Below, one piece after another: positions 11,834 through 26,699 of a DNA stretch of 64,000 bases (within the stretch, counting starts at the first letter, position 1; every line of letters begins with the position of its first letter). The DNA is from Eledone cirrhosa. Its lineage: Eukaryota. The DNA is taken from positions 90,148,001 through 90,212,000 of the forward strand of contig OZ024741.1 of the NCBI GenBank assembly GCA_964016885.1, read 5' to 3'. The notes below the pieces were generated by a model that worked only from the letters and a program-made list of their open reading frames with translations, had not been told where the DNA came from and did no database searches. The translations under genes were made by a program, and so were the position numbers.

Positions 11834-12157
11834 AACTGAGAAACATCCCCCACCTACAACAGACATATGCATGTGTATCTATTTCTATACGTAGTGCATA
11901 TGTATAACTGCGCAAGTATGACTTATTTAACCAGCAAGCAAGCTAATTAATATATAATTCAATCAATTCACACATAGATTTATTTAATTAATTGAAACCA
12001 TGCCTATGTAAGAGTGGATGAATGTGTTTGTATCTGTGCTTATGTGCATGTGTTCTGTATGTTATCCTGTGCATATATATATATATATATATATACCTAT
12101 GTATGTGGGGGATGAGTGTGAGTGTTTTCCTCTCTCTCTCCCTCCCCTCCCTCTCTC

Positions 12158-12197
<40 letters not shown>

Positions 12198-12509
12198 TCA
12201 CTCTGGGTGTGTTTATATGCCTGGCAGTGTCGATGAATGTGTGTCTGTATCTTTCTTCCTCTTTCTCACTCTCTCTGCCCCCCTCTCTCTGTTTGTGTGT
12301 CTCTCTCTCTACCCCCACCCTTTTCTCTTCTTCTCTCTGTCTGTCTGTCTCTCTGTCTCTTTCACCCCCCTCTCTCTGTTTATGTGTATCTGTGAGTGTA
12401 AGTCTGGATGAGTGCGTTTGCTTTTCTGTATGTGCTTCTGTTTATGCGTGTCCCTGTCTGAATGAATATGTATAAGTGCATCCGTGAGTGTCTTTATGTA
12501 TGATAATGA

Positions 12510-13125
12510 TTTTTAGCACAAGGCCAGTAATTTGGAGGAAAGTCGATTAAATCGACACCTCAGTACGTTACTGGTACTTTATTTTATCGACCCCGTAAGG
12601 ATGAAAGGCAAACTCAGCCCGTAAAGGTCGGTAACTCTATGATCCAAAGCATGGTGTCTGACACTCTACCGATACTGTCAATCCACTACCCTTTTATGAA
12701 ACATTTATAATAATTGTTTCTACTCTTGGCAGAAGGCCAGCAAATATCCAGTGCATTACTGGTACTTTATTTTATCGACCCCGTAAGGATGAAAGGCAAA
12801 GTTAACCTCGGCGGGATTTGAACTCAGAATGGCAAGGGCCGTAACTCTATGCGTCAAAGCATGGCGTCCGACTCTCTACCGATACTGCCAATAATGATTT
12901 GCATTTATAATAATTGTTTCTACTTTAGGCACAAGGCCAGCAATTACCCAGTGCATTACTGGTACTTTATTTTATCGACCCCGTAAGGCAAAGTTAACCT
13001 CGGCGGGATTTGAACTCAGATCGCAAAGGACCGTAACTATGCTGGAAAGCATGGCGTCCGACCCTCTACCGATACTGCCAATTTATAATAATGATTTATG
13101 AAACATTTATAATAATGATTTATGT
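12510..13125 (-). mobile_element. Three tandem family 1 SINE copies separated by repeated target sequence
   Basis: Copies at ~12510-12690, 12712-12890 and 12912-13080. The spacer CATTTATAATAAT is repeated. Confidence 0.85.
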
Positions 13126-13444
13126 GTGATAATGAGCATGTATGAGAATGCGCGTGTATGTCTCTGGATGGGTATCTGTATACAAGTTGGGGCATGTGTG
13201 GGTATATTTATGTGTGTGCCTGTGTTTCTGTCATAAATTGTGTGCACGAATATATATATATATATATATGAGGAACGATCGACTTTCGTCAAATCGGACC
13301 GAGGAAACAATGTTTCCATTGGTCTTTCCAATTGCTAATAAGAGCAACGTGAAACAAAGTGTCTTGCTCAAGGACACGACGCATAGTCGGGCACGGGAAT
13401 CGAACTCACAACCTCACGATTGCGAATCCAATTCAGCCACAGCC

Positions 13445-15680
<2,236 letters not shown>

Positions 15681-16054
15681 TATTAAAATAGCAGATTAAA
15701 GTTTAAGCAAAGAATCGCTGCTTTCACCCTTAATATATACATATATATATATACACACACATATAATGTGCGTAATTTCATATGCATTATCTTTGTATAT
15801 AAACTTTACACGTTAATTTTTTAAAGATATATATTTATATTTATATTTTATATATTTTTTCATATATATTTTAAAATTTATTGTCGTTAAATATCAATAA
15901 TTATTTCGTGATCTGTGACAATTGCCAAACTTGGAGTAGCAACAGAGAGTAATTATAATACTCTCTGCAATATATATTAACCCTTTATTTCTGGCGAAAC
16001 AGTGTAGTTTCCTCTCGTTCGTAAGCTACAACGAAAACACATGTACAAGCATAC

Positions 16055-16326
16055 CAGGGGCGGTGGAAGCATTTCTGAATATGGTGGTGATTGGAGGAGG
16101 GGGTGGGGGGTCAATTTAGTTGTAGTGATTAGTTTAGCTGTTATTATCAAATATCAACAAAGATATATATATATATATATATATATAAAAAACCAAAAAA
16201 AATTTCGATATGCGATAAACATAACATGTAGCGCATATACAAATAAATGTGTTTTGGTAGTTTGGGGAGAAAAATATAATTACTGGGGAATGCTATGCCC
16301 CACCCCCCCCAGTTCCACCGCCCCTG
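16055..16326. mobile_element. MITE with 14-bp TIR (CAGGGGCGGTGGAA) and 5-bp TSD
   Basis: TIRs caggggcggtggaa / ttccaccgcccctg, flanked by CATAC on both sides. Relatives at 31248-31460, 53200-53447 and a lone end at ~60519-60533. Confidence 0.85.
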
Positions 16327-16849
16327 CATACACACACACACAACTGCATTAGACTCTGTCACTTCCGACAACGGAATTCCAGTTGGTAAAACAACAAAAC
16401 AGCCTATTATAAAAATAGCATGTACGGGGTGGAACATTCCACAGACACGTGTACACAGAACGTAGTTCTTAGGGAGATTCAGCAGGAAATTGTGTGATAA
16501 AGCTTCCTTTAAATTTACAGGTACAGCTCATTATTGTTAGTTGAGTGAAGCGACTAAACAAGGACTACACACACCCGGGAATCGAACTCATGACCTAACG
16601 ATTGTGAACCGAACACTTTTATCATACACACATTAACAGACGCAGATATACAAACATGTGTGTATGCACGCACGCACGCACGCATGTGTACAAACACGCA
16701 AACACGAAAGTGTGTCAGTGGAATAGTCAGCTACATTAGTTCCACGAGCAGATAACTGTAACACTCATCGTCGAAATCGACGGAGATCCATTTTTTTTCC
16801 CTTCCTCCCTACCTATCTATATTTACAAACCTGTCTTAGTAACTTTATA

Positions 16850-17035
16850 GGAGCTGTGACGTGATGGATGCTAAGCTGTATCAGTCTTTGTCTTTCCTTG
16901 GACATCATCGGTAGCATGGAGAGGGGAGACTCCTGGTCTTAAAAACACCTTGCCAGGACATGTGCCCTGGAGGAGTATTTTCCTGGTGCAAACTCCAAGG
17001 TCATCAGTGACCGAAAGGGGAGGGGTATCCCCCTC
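16850..17035 (+). mobile_element. 3' part of a SINE with an RTE-like tail
   Basis: ...CCTGGTGCAAACTCCAAGGTCATCAGTGACCGAAAGGGG followed by (CT)n. Resembles cephalopod SINE/RTE 3' ends; recognised from memory, not searched. Confidence 0.45.
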
Positions 17036-17077
17036 TCTCTCTCTCTCTCTCTCTCTATAGAGAGAGAGATTATAATA

Positions 17078-17240
17078 CAATTGTTTTTACTTTTGGCACA
17101 AGGCCAGCAATTATCCCAGTGCATTACTGGTACTTTATTTTATCGACCCCGTAAGGATGAAAGGCAAAGTTAACCTCGACGGGATTTGAACTCGGAACAC
17201 AAAGGCCGTAACTCTATGCTGCAAAGCATGGCGTCCTATC
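17078..17240 (-). mobile_element. Family 1 SINE
   Basis: Near-identical to 3128-3290 and 12712-12890. Confidence 0.85.
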
Positions 17241-17312
17241 CTCAGTCGGCGAAACTATGCAGTCTGGACTTCGAAGAAATATTTGGTATTTTTTGTCTAT
17301 TTGCTCTTCACA

Positions 17313-17351
<39 letters not shown>

Positions 17352-18262
17352 CTCAGGAGCTCATTTCGCAATTCTTATGTCACGGGTTCGATCCCACTGT
17401 GTGGAACCTTAGGCAAGTGTCATATACAATCGCTGTGGGTCAATCCCTGCCTTGTGAATGAAACTAGGCGGAGACTCATTGGAAGTTCGCGTCGGATTGA
17501 CTATACCTGTAAATCATAGAGCCACCCTTGCAATATATTGTATCACAAGGATTATTATTTATTCAATTACTTAACCTTTTTATTTTCTGTTTCAGACTTT
17601 TGTAGAAGACTAACCAAACTTATAATACTTGAATAATGGCGTGCGTATCTTTGAATAATATACTATCTAAACTATAATAAAGGAAGGTCTACGGGACTGC
17701 GTACGGTTTATTTTTTTTTATCCCGTTAGTAAGATAAGTTGGATTACTTTGAATAAATAAGGAATGAATATTACATAATTTATCTACTAAATTTCGTAAA
17801 CAAAAATAATTTCGTAAAAATAAATAATTTAAAATTGACTTCTTTTCAAAGTTGCACTTCCGCTATATCGTTGTCACCACCACCACCACTTCAACTACCA
17901 TATATATATAGAAAGAGAGAGTGTGTGATGTCAACACTTCCGGTGGCGATCACTTAAATAAACATACTAATTTTCTCCTAATGCAGTTTATATATAATAT
18001 CGTCTTTTTTTAATGTATCATGGATTACGTTACTGATTACATAAGACAGTGTAACGCAGTCTTCGTTCAATTTCTGTGTATATTGTCAATTACAATTTTA
18101 TTTGATGAATCATATCTACATGTATATATACGTGCGTATAATATCAATATACACACTACACATGCTAGCAGAAAACCACTCAAAGGCTGGTTTTTCTGCT
18201 AGTATTCATATAATGACCTAAAACTTTTGTTTATTCAATTGGATCCTATTTTAAAGGAGATA

Positions 18263-18330
<68 letters not shown>

Positions 18331-18844
18331 TATATATATAAATAAAGAACAAAGATCAACGAGGATTTTAATTAAAGCATTTAATTAATTTCTGTAATCC
18401 TTATCAAACATATAAACAATAGATTATAATCTATTAACAGATAATTATCTGTTAATTTTCGAATTGCTATTGGGGTTCGTGCTTTTTTGTTGTTATTATG
18501 ATCTTGTCTGAAGTACATTATATTAGTAAATACACATAAACAGATAGCTATATCTTGTCTGAAGTACATTATATTAGTAAATACACATAAACAGATAGCT
18601 ATAGATAAACAGACAGACAGCCAGATAGATAGGTAGATATATAGATAGATTTATAGATAGATAGATAGATAGGTAGACAAACAGTCAGGTAAGTCTGTAG
18701 TTAGATTGATATATTGATTGGTAGATACACAATTAGCTAGAAAAATAGATCGATAGATAAAAAGGTGAATACACATTCATACACGCACACACATCTATGT
18801 TTTCGTTTTTCTTGTCCGAAAATATCTGCCATAGATATGTTTGT

Positions 18845-18886
<42 letters not shown>

Positions 18887-18900
18887 ACACACACACACAC

Positions 18901-19520
18901 AATAATAGCCTGCGCATCGGCTTTTCCTTGAGGCTCGGCCTCCAGATCTGCGAGCCACACCAATGTCGCTGCAGATCCACCGTGGACCCTTTCGGCCTCC
19001 ACCTGCTTTCCTGTCGCCACAGTGCCGGCCGCCTTCCACGCCACGTTGCCCCCAACGAGGTCATAAAGCATGGCTTGAACGTTGCAGGCTTCCCTTCCCA
19101 GCTCGAGCTGGTGGGGCTGGACCGAGGGGACGGCAAAAGGCCAGATGGCATGACCATCTTCCCGTTCCGCGGTGGCAAACCCCTCGTCTGGGATGCCACT
19201 TGCACCGACACTTTCTGCAGCCGCAACCTGGTGCAGTCTGCGATTAACTCAGGTTCTGCTGCACGTCGGGCTGAGGGGGCCAAACTCCTCAAAAACCGGT
19301 CGCTCTCCGACAGGTTTACGGTTGTACCCCTGGCAGTGGAGACTTCTGGTGTCCTCGGCCCTAGGGCTACTTCTCTACTCACCACCATAGGCGCTGAGCT
19401 GACAGCCGCAGGTGTAAGCCCCGCTAGTTGGAGTGGCTTTTCCAGCGCGTCTCCCTTGCCATCCTCCGGGTAGCACCTTCTCCATTCTGACCGCTGGGGC
19501 TGGGGGGGGGGGGGCATCAC
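18901..19520 (+). mobile_element. 5'-truncated CRE-clade non-LTR retrotransposon fragment (Cys/His zinc knuckle + restriction-like endonuclease)
   Basis: ORF 18928..19473 has RLG..CEPHQCRC...HLLSC...RH..PN, KRPDG, WDATCTDT, AE.AK, VPLAVETSG.LG. After a frameshift it reads WLFQRVSLAILR. GC-rich island directly after (CA)n. Confidence 0.85.
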
Positions 19521-19651
19521 GTATTATTCCATATTTAATTATGGTCGGTATGTGTATGTTTATGTTTTGGATGTTGACGAAGACTAAGCTGTTATAAAAG
19601 GCGAAGTTAAGAAGCATCATACATATTATGTGTTATGACAACGGTAACATA

Positions 19652-19692
<41 letters not shown>

Positions 19693-19925
19693 TATATGGA
19701 GGGAGGGAGAATACCTCGTGTTGACAGACATGCTCTTAAAATTCCCAGCGTTTTCAGGTAATACCTATCTATTTGTCTTCCACACACACGCACATACACA
19801 CACACACACGCGCGCGCACCCCCTCCCCCACCTACACACACACACACTATTTCTCTCTCTCTTTCTCACTGTATTTCTCTCAGTAACAACAACAACCGGT
19901 GACAATCTTTTATTGAAATCCGCCT

Positions 19926-20045
19926 CTTAGAATTTCTCTCATCTGCCATCATCCTGTTTGCGCAGCCCATCGATTGGTCAAACATACAGATGACGTCTCG
20001 AAACCTTGACCAAACAAGATGATGGCAGATGATAGAAATTCTAAG
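19926..20045. repeat. Inverted repeat with 35-bp arms (2 mismatches) and a 50-bp spacer; possible small MITE
   Basis: cttagaatttctctcatctgccatcatcctgtttg ... caaacaagatgatggcagatgatagaaattctaag. Confidence 0.85.
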
Positions 20046-20667
20046 GGTCAGAGTCCAACTGACAGAGGATTTGCTTCGAAGTCACTAGACGTATCTGAAG
20101 AACTTGCGAATCCAGAGTCAGGTTCGATCCACAAATAGATCGCACCACGAGCTGTTTGCCGGAGAAACAATTGTAATACGCTAATAAATTGTGTTTCGAT
20201 GCATCACTGATTCTTTGTTTTCCATAATATGTATATAGTATATATATATATATATATATATATACACTATATAAATTGGAAGTGGTCGGACGTTGTATAT
20301 TTAAGTAAGTAAGTAAGTGTAGTCGGATAAACGTCGAAACGGCTCGGTGGAATGCAGCGAAAATTTACACAGTTATCCAAAATGACCCGAGGAGGCGTTG
20401 GGTCGACCTTTAGGGTACAAGCTTCCATGGTTACGGAGAAAATCGATGAAACAGGAATTTCCCATTCAAATTGAACAATAACAACAAACACATATAAACA
20501 CAGATTAGTAAACTAAGATAGAATACAATAACCAATACACAGTCACCCAAACACACACACACACACACACACACATTTATATATATATATATACATACAT
20601 ATATATTTATATAAACACAAGAAGTGTAAGTCAATACGTTCAAATTAACTTCGTTTAATAATTTTCG

Positions 20668-20724
20668 CTGTTATATATATTTCGGTGATAACCATTATGC
20701 AACAGCTATGACCTCATCAGACAG
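20668..20724 (-). ncRNA. Minimal type I hammerhead ribozyme, second copy of the ORF-less family
   Basis: Reverse complement: ctgt-CTGATGA-ggtcatagctgttgcataatggttatcacc-GAAA-tatata-TA-acag. Confidence 0.8.
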
Positions 20725-20904
20725 ATTAAATTTGAACAGAACCCCTTCCCCCCCCCCCTCAGAAAAACATACCGATGGAATAAAGCTTACGATAGAATAA
20801 AGCTTACTAATATACTCAGTGCTGAAGTTTGGTGTTGTTTTCTCAAAGCACTGGTCGTTTTGAGAAAACAACACCAGCAAGAGTACCAGTCCCAGAGTCA
20901 CTGT

Positions 20905-21075
20905 GCGAGAAAGAGCTGTAAAATACTCCCACCCGCCCGATTCCGTTTTCGGAGAAAATCCATAGCAAGCATGTTGGAGGTCAGATTAGTTGAAAACACG
21001 AAAATCCTAAATTATTACCAATTTTATTTAGTGTTATTAGCGGTCAACACAACACACAAATGATCTTCCTTTTTA
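20905..21075. repeat. Unclassified dispersed repeat (also ~28270-28420 and ~28640-28850)
   Basis: Shared TTTTCGGA.AA...GGAGGTCAGA...TTGAAAACAC...AATTATTACCAATTTTATT.AGTGT block. Confidence 0.65.
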
Positions 21076-21165
21076 TAAGTATCATATATATATAGTGTCG
21101 GTAGTACGGTGAAATACTAGTGTTGATACCAAATAAAGCACTCTAAGCACAGGCAGAGTGTATAT

Positions 21166-21259
21166 AATAGAAAAAACGAGGAAGTTTCGTTTACATATGA
21201 AAAAACGCGCGCAATAAATATTTTTCATATGTAAATGAAACTTCCTCGTTTTTTCTATT
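21166..21259. repeat. Near-perfect hairpin with 39-bp arms
   Basis: 21166-21204 and 21221-21259 are reverse complements apart from one G-T pair. Confidence 0.9.
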
Positions 21260-21276
21260 CTCTCTCTCTCTCGCTC

Positions 21277-21347
<71 letters not shown>

Positions 21348-21618
21348 ATAGTAAAAGAATGAAGAAAAACGTGGTCGGCTGTTGTCCTGAATACAGAGTA
21401 CTCATAACCTCTACTTGGATTACCTTAAACGATATCTTGTTATCTATATATTAATAAAAAACATTTACATGTATTTAGTTTTTTTATTGTGCAAAGACCT
21501 GTTATGCGTGATTCGCAGAGGATTGGCTCAGTATCAGCCATGCATTAACGATCTACTCTTCACAGTGGTGAGCTGACAAAAAAAAATATAGTGTTTATTG
21601 TTATTTGTGAAATGATGG

Positions 21619-21653
<35 letters not shown>

Positions 21654-22067
21654 CATCGGCCCAATATTTTTTGTATGTGGGTGTTTGATTGTATTGGTAG
21701 GGCTACATTTGTGCGCATATATACACGTATATTCATGTGTGTGTGCACGCACGTGTGCATCCATTCATATGTGTCTATGTTGGTATGCGAATTGGACATT
21801 CAAAGTCCAGCTTTTGTGTAGTGCTGTATCGTAAACAGGAAGTGAAATGAAAAGGTGATCGTTTAGGATCGTTAATGGAGTCGGCCCCATAACTTGTATG
21901 GGTGACCCTAAGCCAATCCTCTGCGAAACGTGTGTAACAGGTCTATACACAATAACAAGCTAAATACATGTAAACGAAACTTCATCGTTTTTATTAATAT
22001 ATACACCCCGCCTTTGCATTGAGTGCTCCTTTTGGTAACACCACCAGTATTTCACTGAATCACATAG

Positions 22068-22141
<74 letters not shown>

Positions 22142-22276
22142 TGTAAGGTTAGTAAAATTTAGTTGTGGCGGTCGGCCAACATCCGCGAAAAAACAATTCT
22201 GAGCTTGCACGAAGCACTCAATAAGAATGTATCGATAAATCGATAGGTTACATCTTAGAGTAATAAACATACGTCA

Positions 22277-22308
<32 letters not shown>

Positions 22309-22769
22309 TGACGTATGTTTATTACATATATACATATATATCGTTCAAGATTAAAAAAACAAACACAGTCTTATTAGTTTCACAGTTGTAGGTAAACGGA
22401 AAGAAATTTCTCAAGTATCAGACGTTAGTCCTTCATTGAAAGCAGTAAAGTAAGGAGACACACCTACACACACACGTACGTGTGCACATACGTAATCAGA
22501 CACACACACACAAACACACACGCACACATATAGTGGTATGCAAATACAACAGTGTATGTATCATCACTATAGCTTTGTTGAGAATAAGTAGCTATTCGCT
22601 TTTTGAAATTTCAGTCTTACTATGTACTTAGATGTTCTATTTGTTTACTCTTACAGGTAAGAAATAGGCGGAATTGAGTGGCTTTAGTGAAATTGTAACA
22701 CAGCTTGCTGGAATACTTAGCAGATGTGAGGTACGTTTCCACTTTTCTGCCTCTTTCTCCTCCTCCTCC

Positions 22770-24020
22770 TCTTTCTTCTTCTTCTTCTTCTTCTTCTTCC
22801 ACTTATTTCTGAGAGGGTCGTGGGGGCAGGGTTCTCAAACACTCCTTCCAGCGGGTCTTGCAACCGTCTCCAACTGATCCGGCTGGATCTCCAAGTGCGA
22901 CAAGCCAAGATCATAGATGTTATCCAGCCACCTTGCTCGTTGTCTACCCTTTGGTCTCCTGCCGGTTGGTTTTGCCCGTAAAATCTACCCAACGATTCTA
23001 ACCACATACCTATTCTCCGAGCTCCGCACTCTATTGTATAACGTTACTCCAAAGACCCTTCAGAGGAACTCCATTTCGGCCACTTTCGCGACCTTATTCT
23101 TTCGGTCATTACCCAAGATTCATGACCATAGGTAAGGGTTGGCACGAATACCGAATTGAAGATAATGAGTTTGGCTTTTACGCCTACCCCATTCTTCTGA
23201 ATGCTGAAGAAGGCGCATTACTGCACCTGTTCCTGCAATTCATATACTTAATTCAGCCTCCTGCCTTCCACCACTCATGAACATGGCTTTGAGATACTTG
23301 AACTTCTCCACCTGCTTCAGTGAAACTCCATTTACATATAGAGTGCATTCATTTTTCGTAGCACTGATTTTCCTTCCAGCTAGCAGCACTCGGCATCAAA
23401 CTTATCGAGTGTAAGTCGGAGATCACCTTCTGTGGAATTAAGTAACACCATATCGTCTGCAAATTCCAGTCGAATGATTTTATACCCGCCAGTCATCATA
23501 CCACTTCCAACCCAGCTGCGCATGTCAATCCTGTTCATGTAAATAATGATTTCCAGTATAGGCACAAGACCAGTAATTTGGGGGGAGAGGAAACTCAATT
23601 AAATCGACCCCAGTACGTTACTTGTGCTTTATTTTATCGACCCGTAAGGATGAAAGGCAAAGTTAACCCCGGCGGGATTTGAACTCAGACAGTAAAGGAC
23701 CGTAACTCTATGCTGCAAAGCATGGTGTCCGACTCTCTACCGATGTTCATGTAAATAATTGTTTCTACTTTTTGGCACAAGGTCAGCAATTATCCCAGCG
23801 CATTACTGGTACTTTATTTTATCGACCCCGTAAGGATGAAAGGCAAAGTTAACCTCGGCAGGATTTGAACTCAGAATGACAAGGGCCGTAACTCTATGCA
23901 TCAAAGAATGGCGTCCGACCCTCTACCGATACTGCCAATCCACCGCCATTGTTCATGTATGTTCATGTAAATAATGAACATGAGAGGTGACACTACACAC
24001 CCGACTCCGACTCCCTCATA
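22770..24020 (-). mobile_element. RTE-clade LINE 3' fragment with (GAA)n tail, interrupted by two family 1 SINEs (23545-23950)
   Basis: ORF 23380..23598 contains KIIRLEFADDMVLL. EQVEKFKYL lies at ~23295-23320. (TTC)n at 22772-22799 is the tail. The LINE sequence resumes at 23961 and matches 4404-4445. Confidence 0.85.
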
Positions 24021-24953
24021 GATTGACAGAAACTGTATAGAAGCCTGTCAGGTGGACTGTATCTGTAATCCATGTGTGTATTAACGTTTCGTAGCCTTCC
24101 CGGCTTACTAGTGGCATATTTGATATGTGCCTAGCAATGATCGGAAATCAGTGATCAGATATCGATGATGGAAGCCATAGGCACCTAATTAAAAGATTGT
24201 CAACGGTTGACGCATATTAACAACAAACAAAAACATTAAATATAAGTGTGCCCGTTCAGGGTTGTTTTTTCGACTAAACAATAACATATGGACATTTCCT
24301 AATCACTAGTATACCCCCCCCCCCCATCCCCAACAAACATACTCATGCATACATACACAAACACACACATACAATACTTACACCACTAACTATAAAGCGG
24401 TATTATCAATGTATTTTCCACGTATTGAAAGAAACGAATATACGAATACTTTCTATTCAATCCTATTTCCTCCATTACAATGAAGTTTATTTTATATTTC
24501 TTTAAATAACCAAACATTTTTTTTACATGTATTATTTTCTTTATTTTGTATTTATTTTTCTGATTATTTAATTTTTACTCTTCCATTTTCCTATTTATCG
24601 TTCCGGATAGTAGTTAAACATGCTTCGTTGATTTCCTTTCCTGCCTCACCAGCTGTAACAGTCTTAACAGTTTTAATTAGGGAATCTTTCTGTTTTTGTA
24701 ACATTAAGCTAATGCTGCTTGTTACTAAGCTATAGTAAAAATAACTAGGTACATAGCATGTTAATTTTCCCCCTTCTGTTTGTAAAGCTGTGGTGGTGAT
24801 GGATATTATCGATCTGTCTGACACTCATCTATTCAACATAATCATGGGCCATAATCCTCTGCACTGAGTCAGCGGCCACATTTCATCGAGGAGCGGCAGT
24901 CCAGGTGCACAGTGAGTGCTTCCAAGCCTTCTCACATGGCAGTGCAGCCGATT

Positions 24954-25003
<50 letters not shown>

Positions 25004-26699
25004 CGACACCGGTAGTTGACTGGTACTCTATTTAGTGATGACTCGAAATAATGAAAACAAAAGTAGACCTTTGTGGTAGATTTGAACTCAAATCGCTGAG
25101 ACCCGGAATAATATAGCAAAGCATTCTATCAGGTACTTTACTGATTTTGCCGATTCGCCGCCTTCCAGGATATTGTTTGCTATTATATTCCTTCCAGAAA
25201 GTGGGTGGAATGGTAGAATTGGTAGAGTAACATAGCTTGTGGCATTTAGTCTTGTCCTTTTATGCCCCGACAGAGCCAGATTAAACCCCCATTGAAACTC
25301 TAAGAACTTAAACGATTCTCCCCCATGTATAAAGTCTGCAAAAAAAATGATTTTTTTTAGAATGACAATTCATTTAATTTGAATAAAATGATGCCAAACT
25401 TCCCTTGTTGCTCTCAATATGGGCTTATTTTGCATAATGGTTAAACCAGCCCTGTGTCTTGAATTTAAGTCCCATCAAGTTCAATTTTACCTTTGTTCTT
25501 TCATTCTAGTGTCGATTATAGTAGGTGTAATCCGTCGACCGATTTAATACAATCACCTTACAAGCATTCTGGTAAGGTCTCCACATTTGGAGGGCAGGAA
25601 AACGTCGAAAATATGGGTACAGTATATCACTGGTGATTTCTTTAATGAAATGTCAGGTTGAAACTAGGAGAAATGTGAACTCAAATGTGAAATTAAATAT
25701 CTCAAAGTTACAGTATAAGTGATAGCTAGCGATTCTGCCAATCCACGACCGGATAAAGCCTATGTATAGTAAGTATGGACCCGTAACTCCGGAGAGAGTC
25801 GGAAGGGCGCCGCATTGACATATGGTGTTTCTAGGGCAGTGAAACCTATCTCCTCTCCAGGTCTGAATAAAGCACATTTCTTCCTGAGAGGGATAGAGTG
25901 AGAGAATAGAAATGAGAAAGAAATATAGAGAAAGAATCGACCTCAGTACCAGACGGGTACTTTTTTATCGAACTAGAATGGATAAAAGGCAAATTTGGGC
26001 GGAATTTGAACTTAGAGAGCAGAGAGCCAAAACGAATACCGCAATCATTCTATCTGACATTTTAAAGACTCTGCTAATACATCGCTTTCATAGGAAAAAA
26101 AAATCTGTTACGATATGTTATTAAATCGTGACACTATATGAATGATAAAATGTTATTTTATTCTAGCAAATTGAAGTCATTTAGCGATAAGATGGTCTGT
26201 TTTCATAACAGAATTTCTTCATTTGGAGTAGAGAAAGACATTTTTCGATAAAAACGGTACAAGGACATCTATGACCTCGTACTATATATGGATTTATAGT
26301 AATAAATTAATCAATTAAATGAAATCAGTTTAGTACAGACTTGTTGTATCAACCTCCAGAGAGTTAGAAAAATAGCTCAGTATGTTATGACCTAAGGGAC
26401 ATCACGTACAATTGATTATCGAATCCTGTAAATTAGCATTGCACAAAATCGATGATTCCCTATATCTCACATTTTCTTCTATCTATCCACCTACCTACCT
26501 TTCTATCTATCTACCGACCTACCTACCTTTCTATCTATCTATCTACCTACCTGCCGACCTACCCACCTTTCTATCTATCTATCTATCTATCTTCCTTTCT
26601 TTTTCTACTTTTTCCTATCAAGTGAAGGCAAGCACTTGTTGAGATAATTCTGCAATCTAGTTTTGAATACCAATCTATATGCATAATTATTCTCTTCAC

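Noticed and set aside
16975-17020. CTGATGA on the minus strand as a hammerhead
   Set aside because: No convincing stem II/GAAA/UH/stem I arrangement; it lies in a SINE/RTE-like 3' tail.
18501-18602. 51-bp perfect tandem duplication
   Set aside because: Ordinary local duplication with no further structure.
18795-19520. 241-aa minus-strand ORF
   Set aside because: Antisense of the GC-rich CRE endonuclease fragment plus (GT)n.
24591-24956. Possible host exon or NUMT on the minus strand after (CT)nCAG
   Set aside because: Stops in all frames and no recognisable protein or mitochondrial motif.
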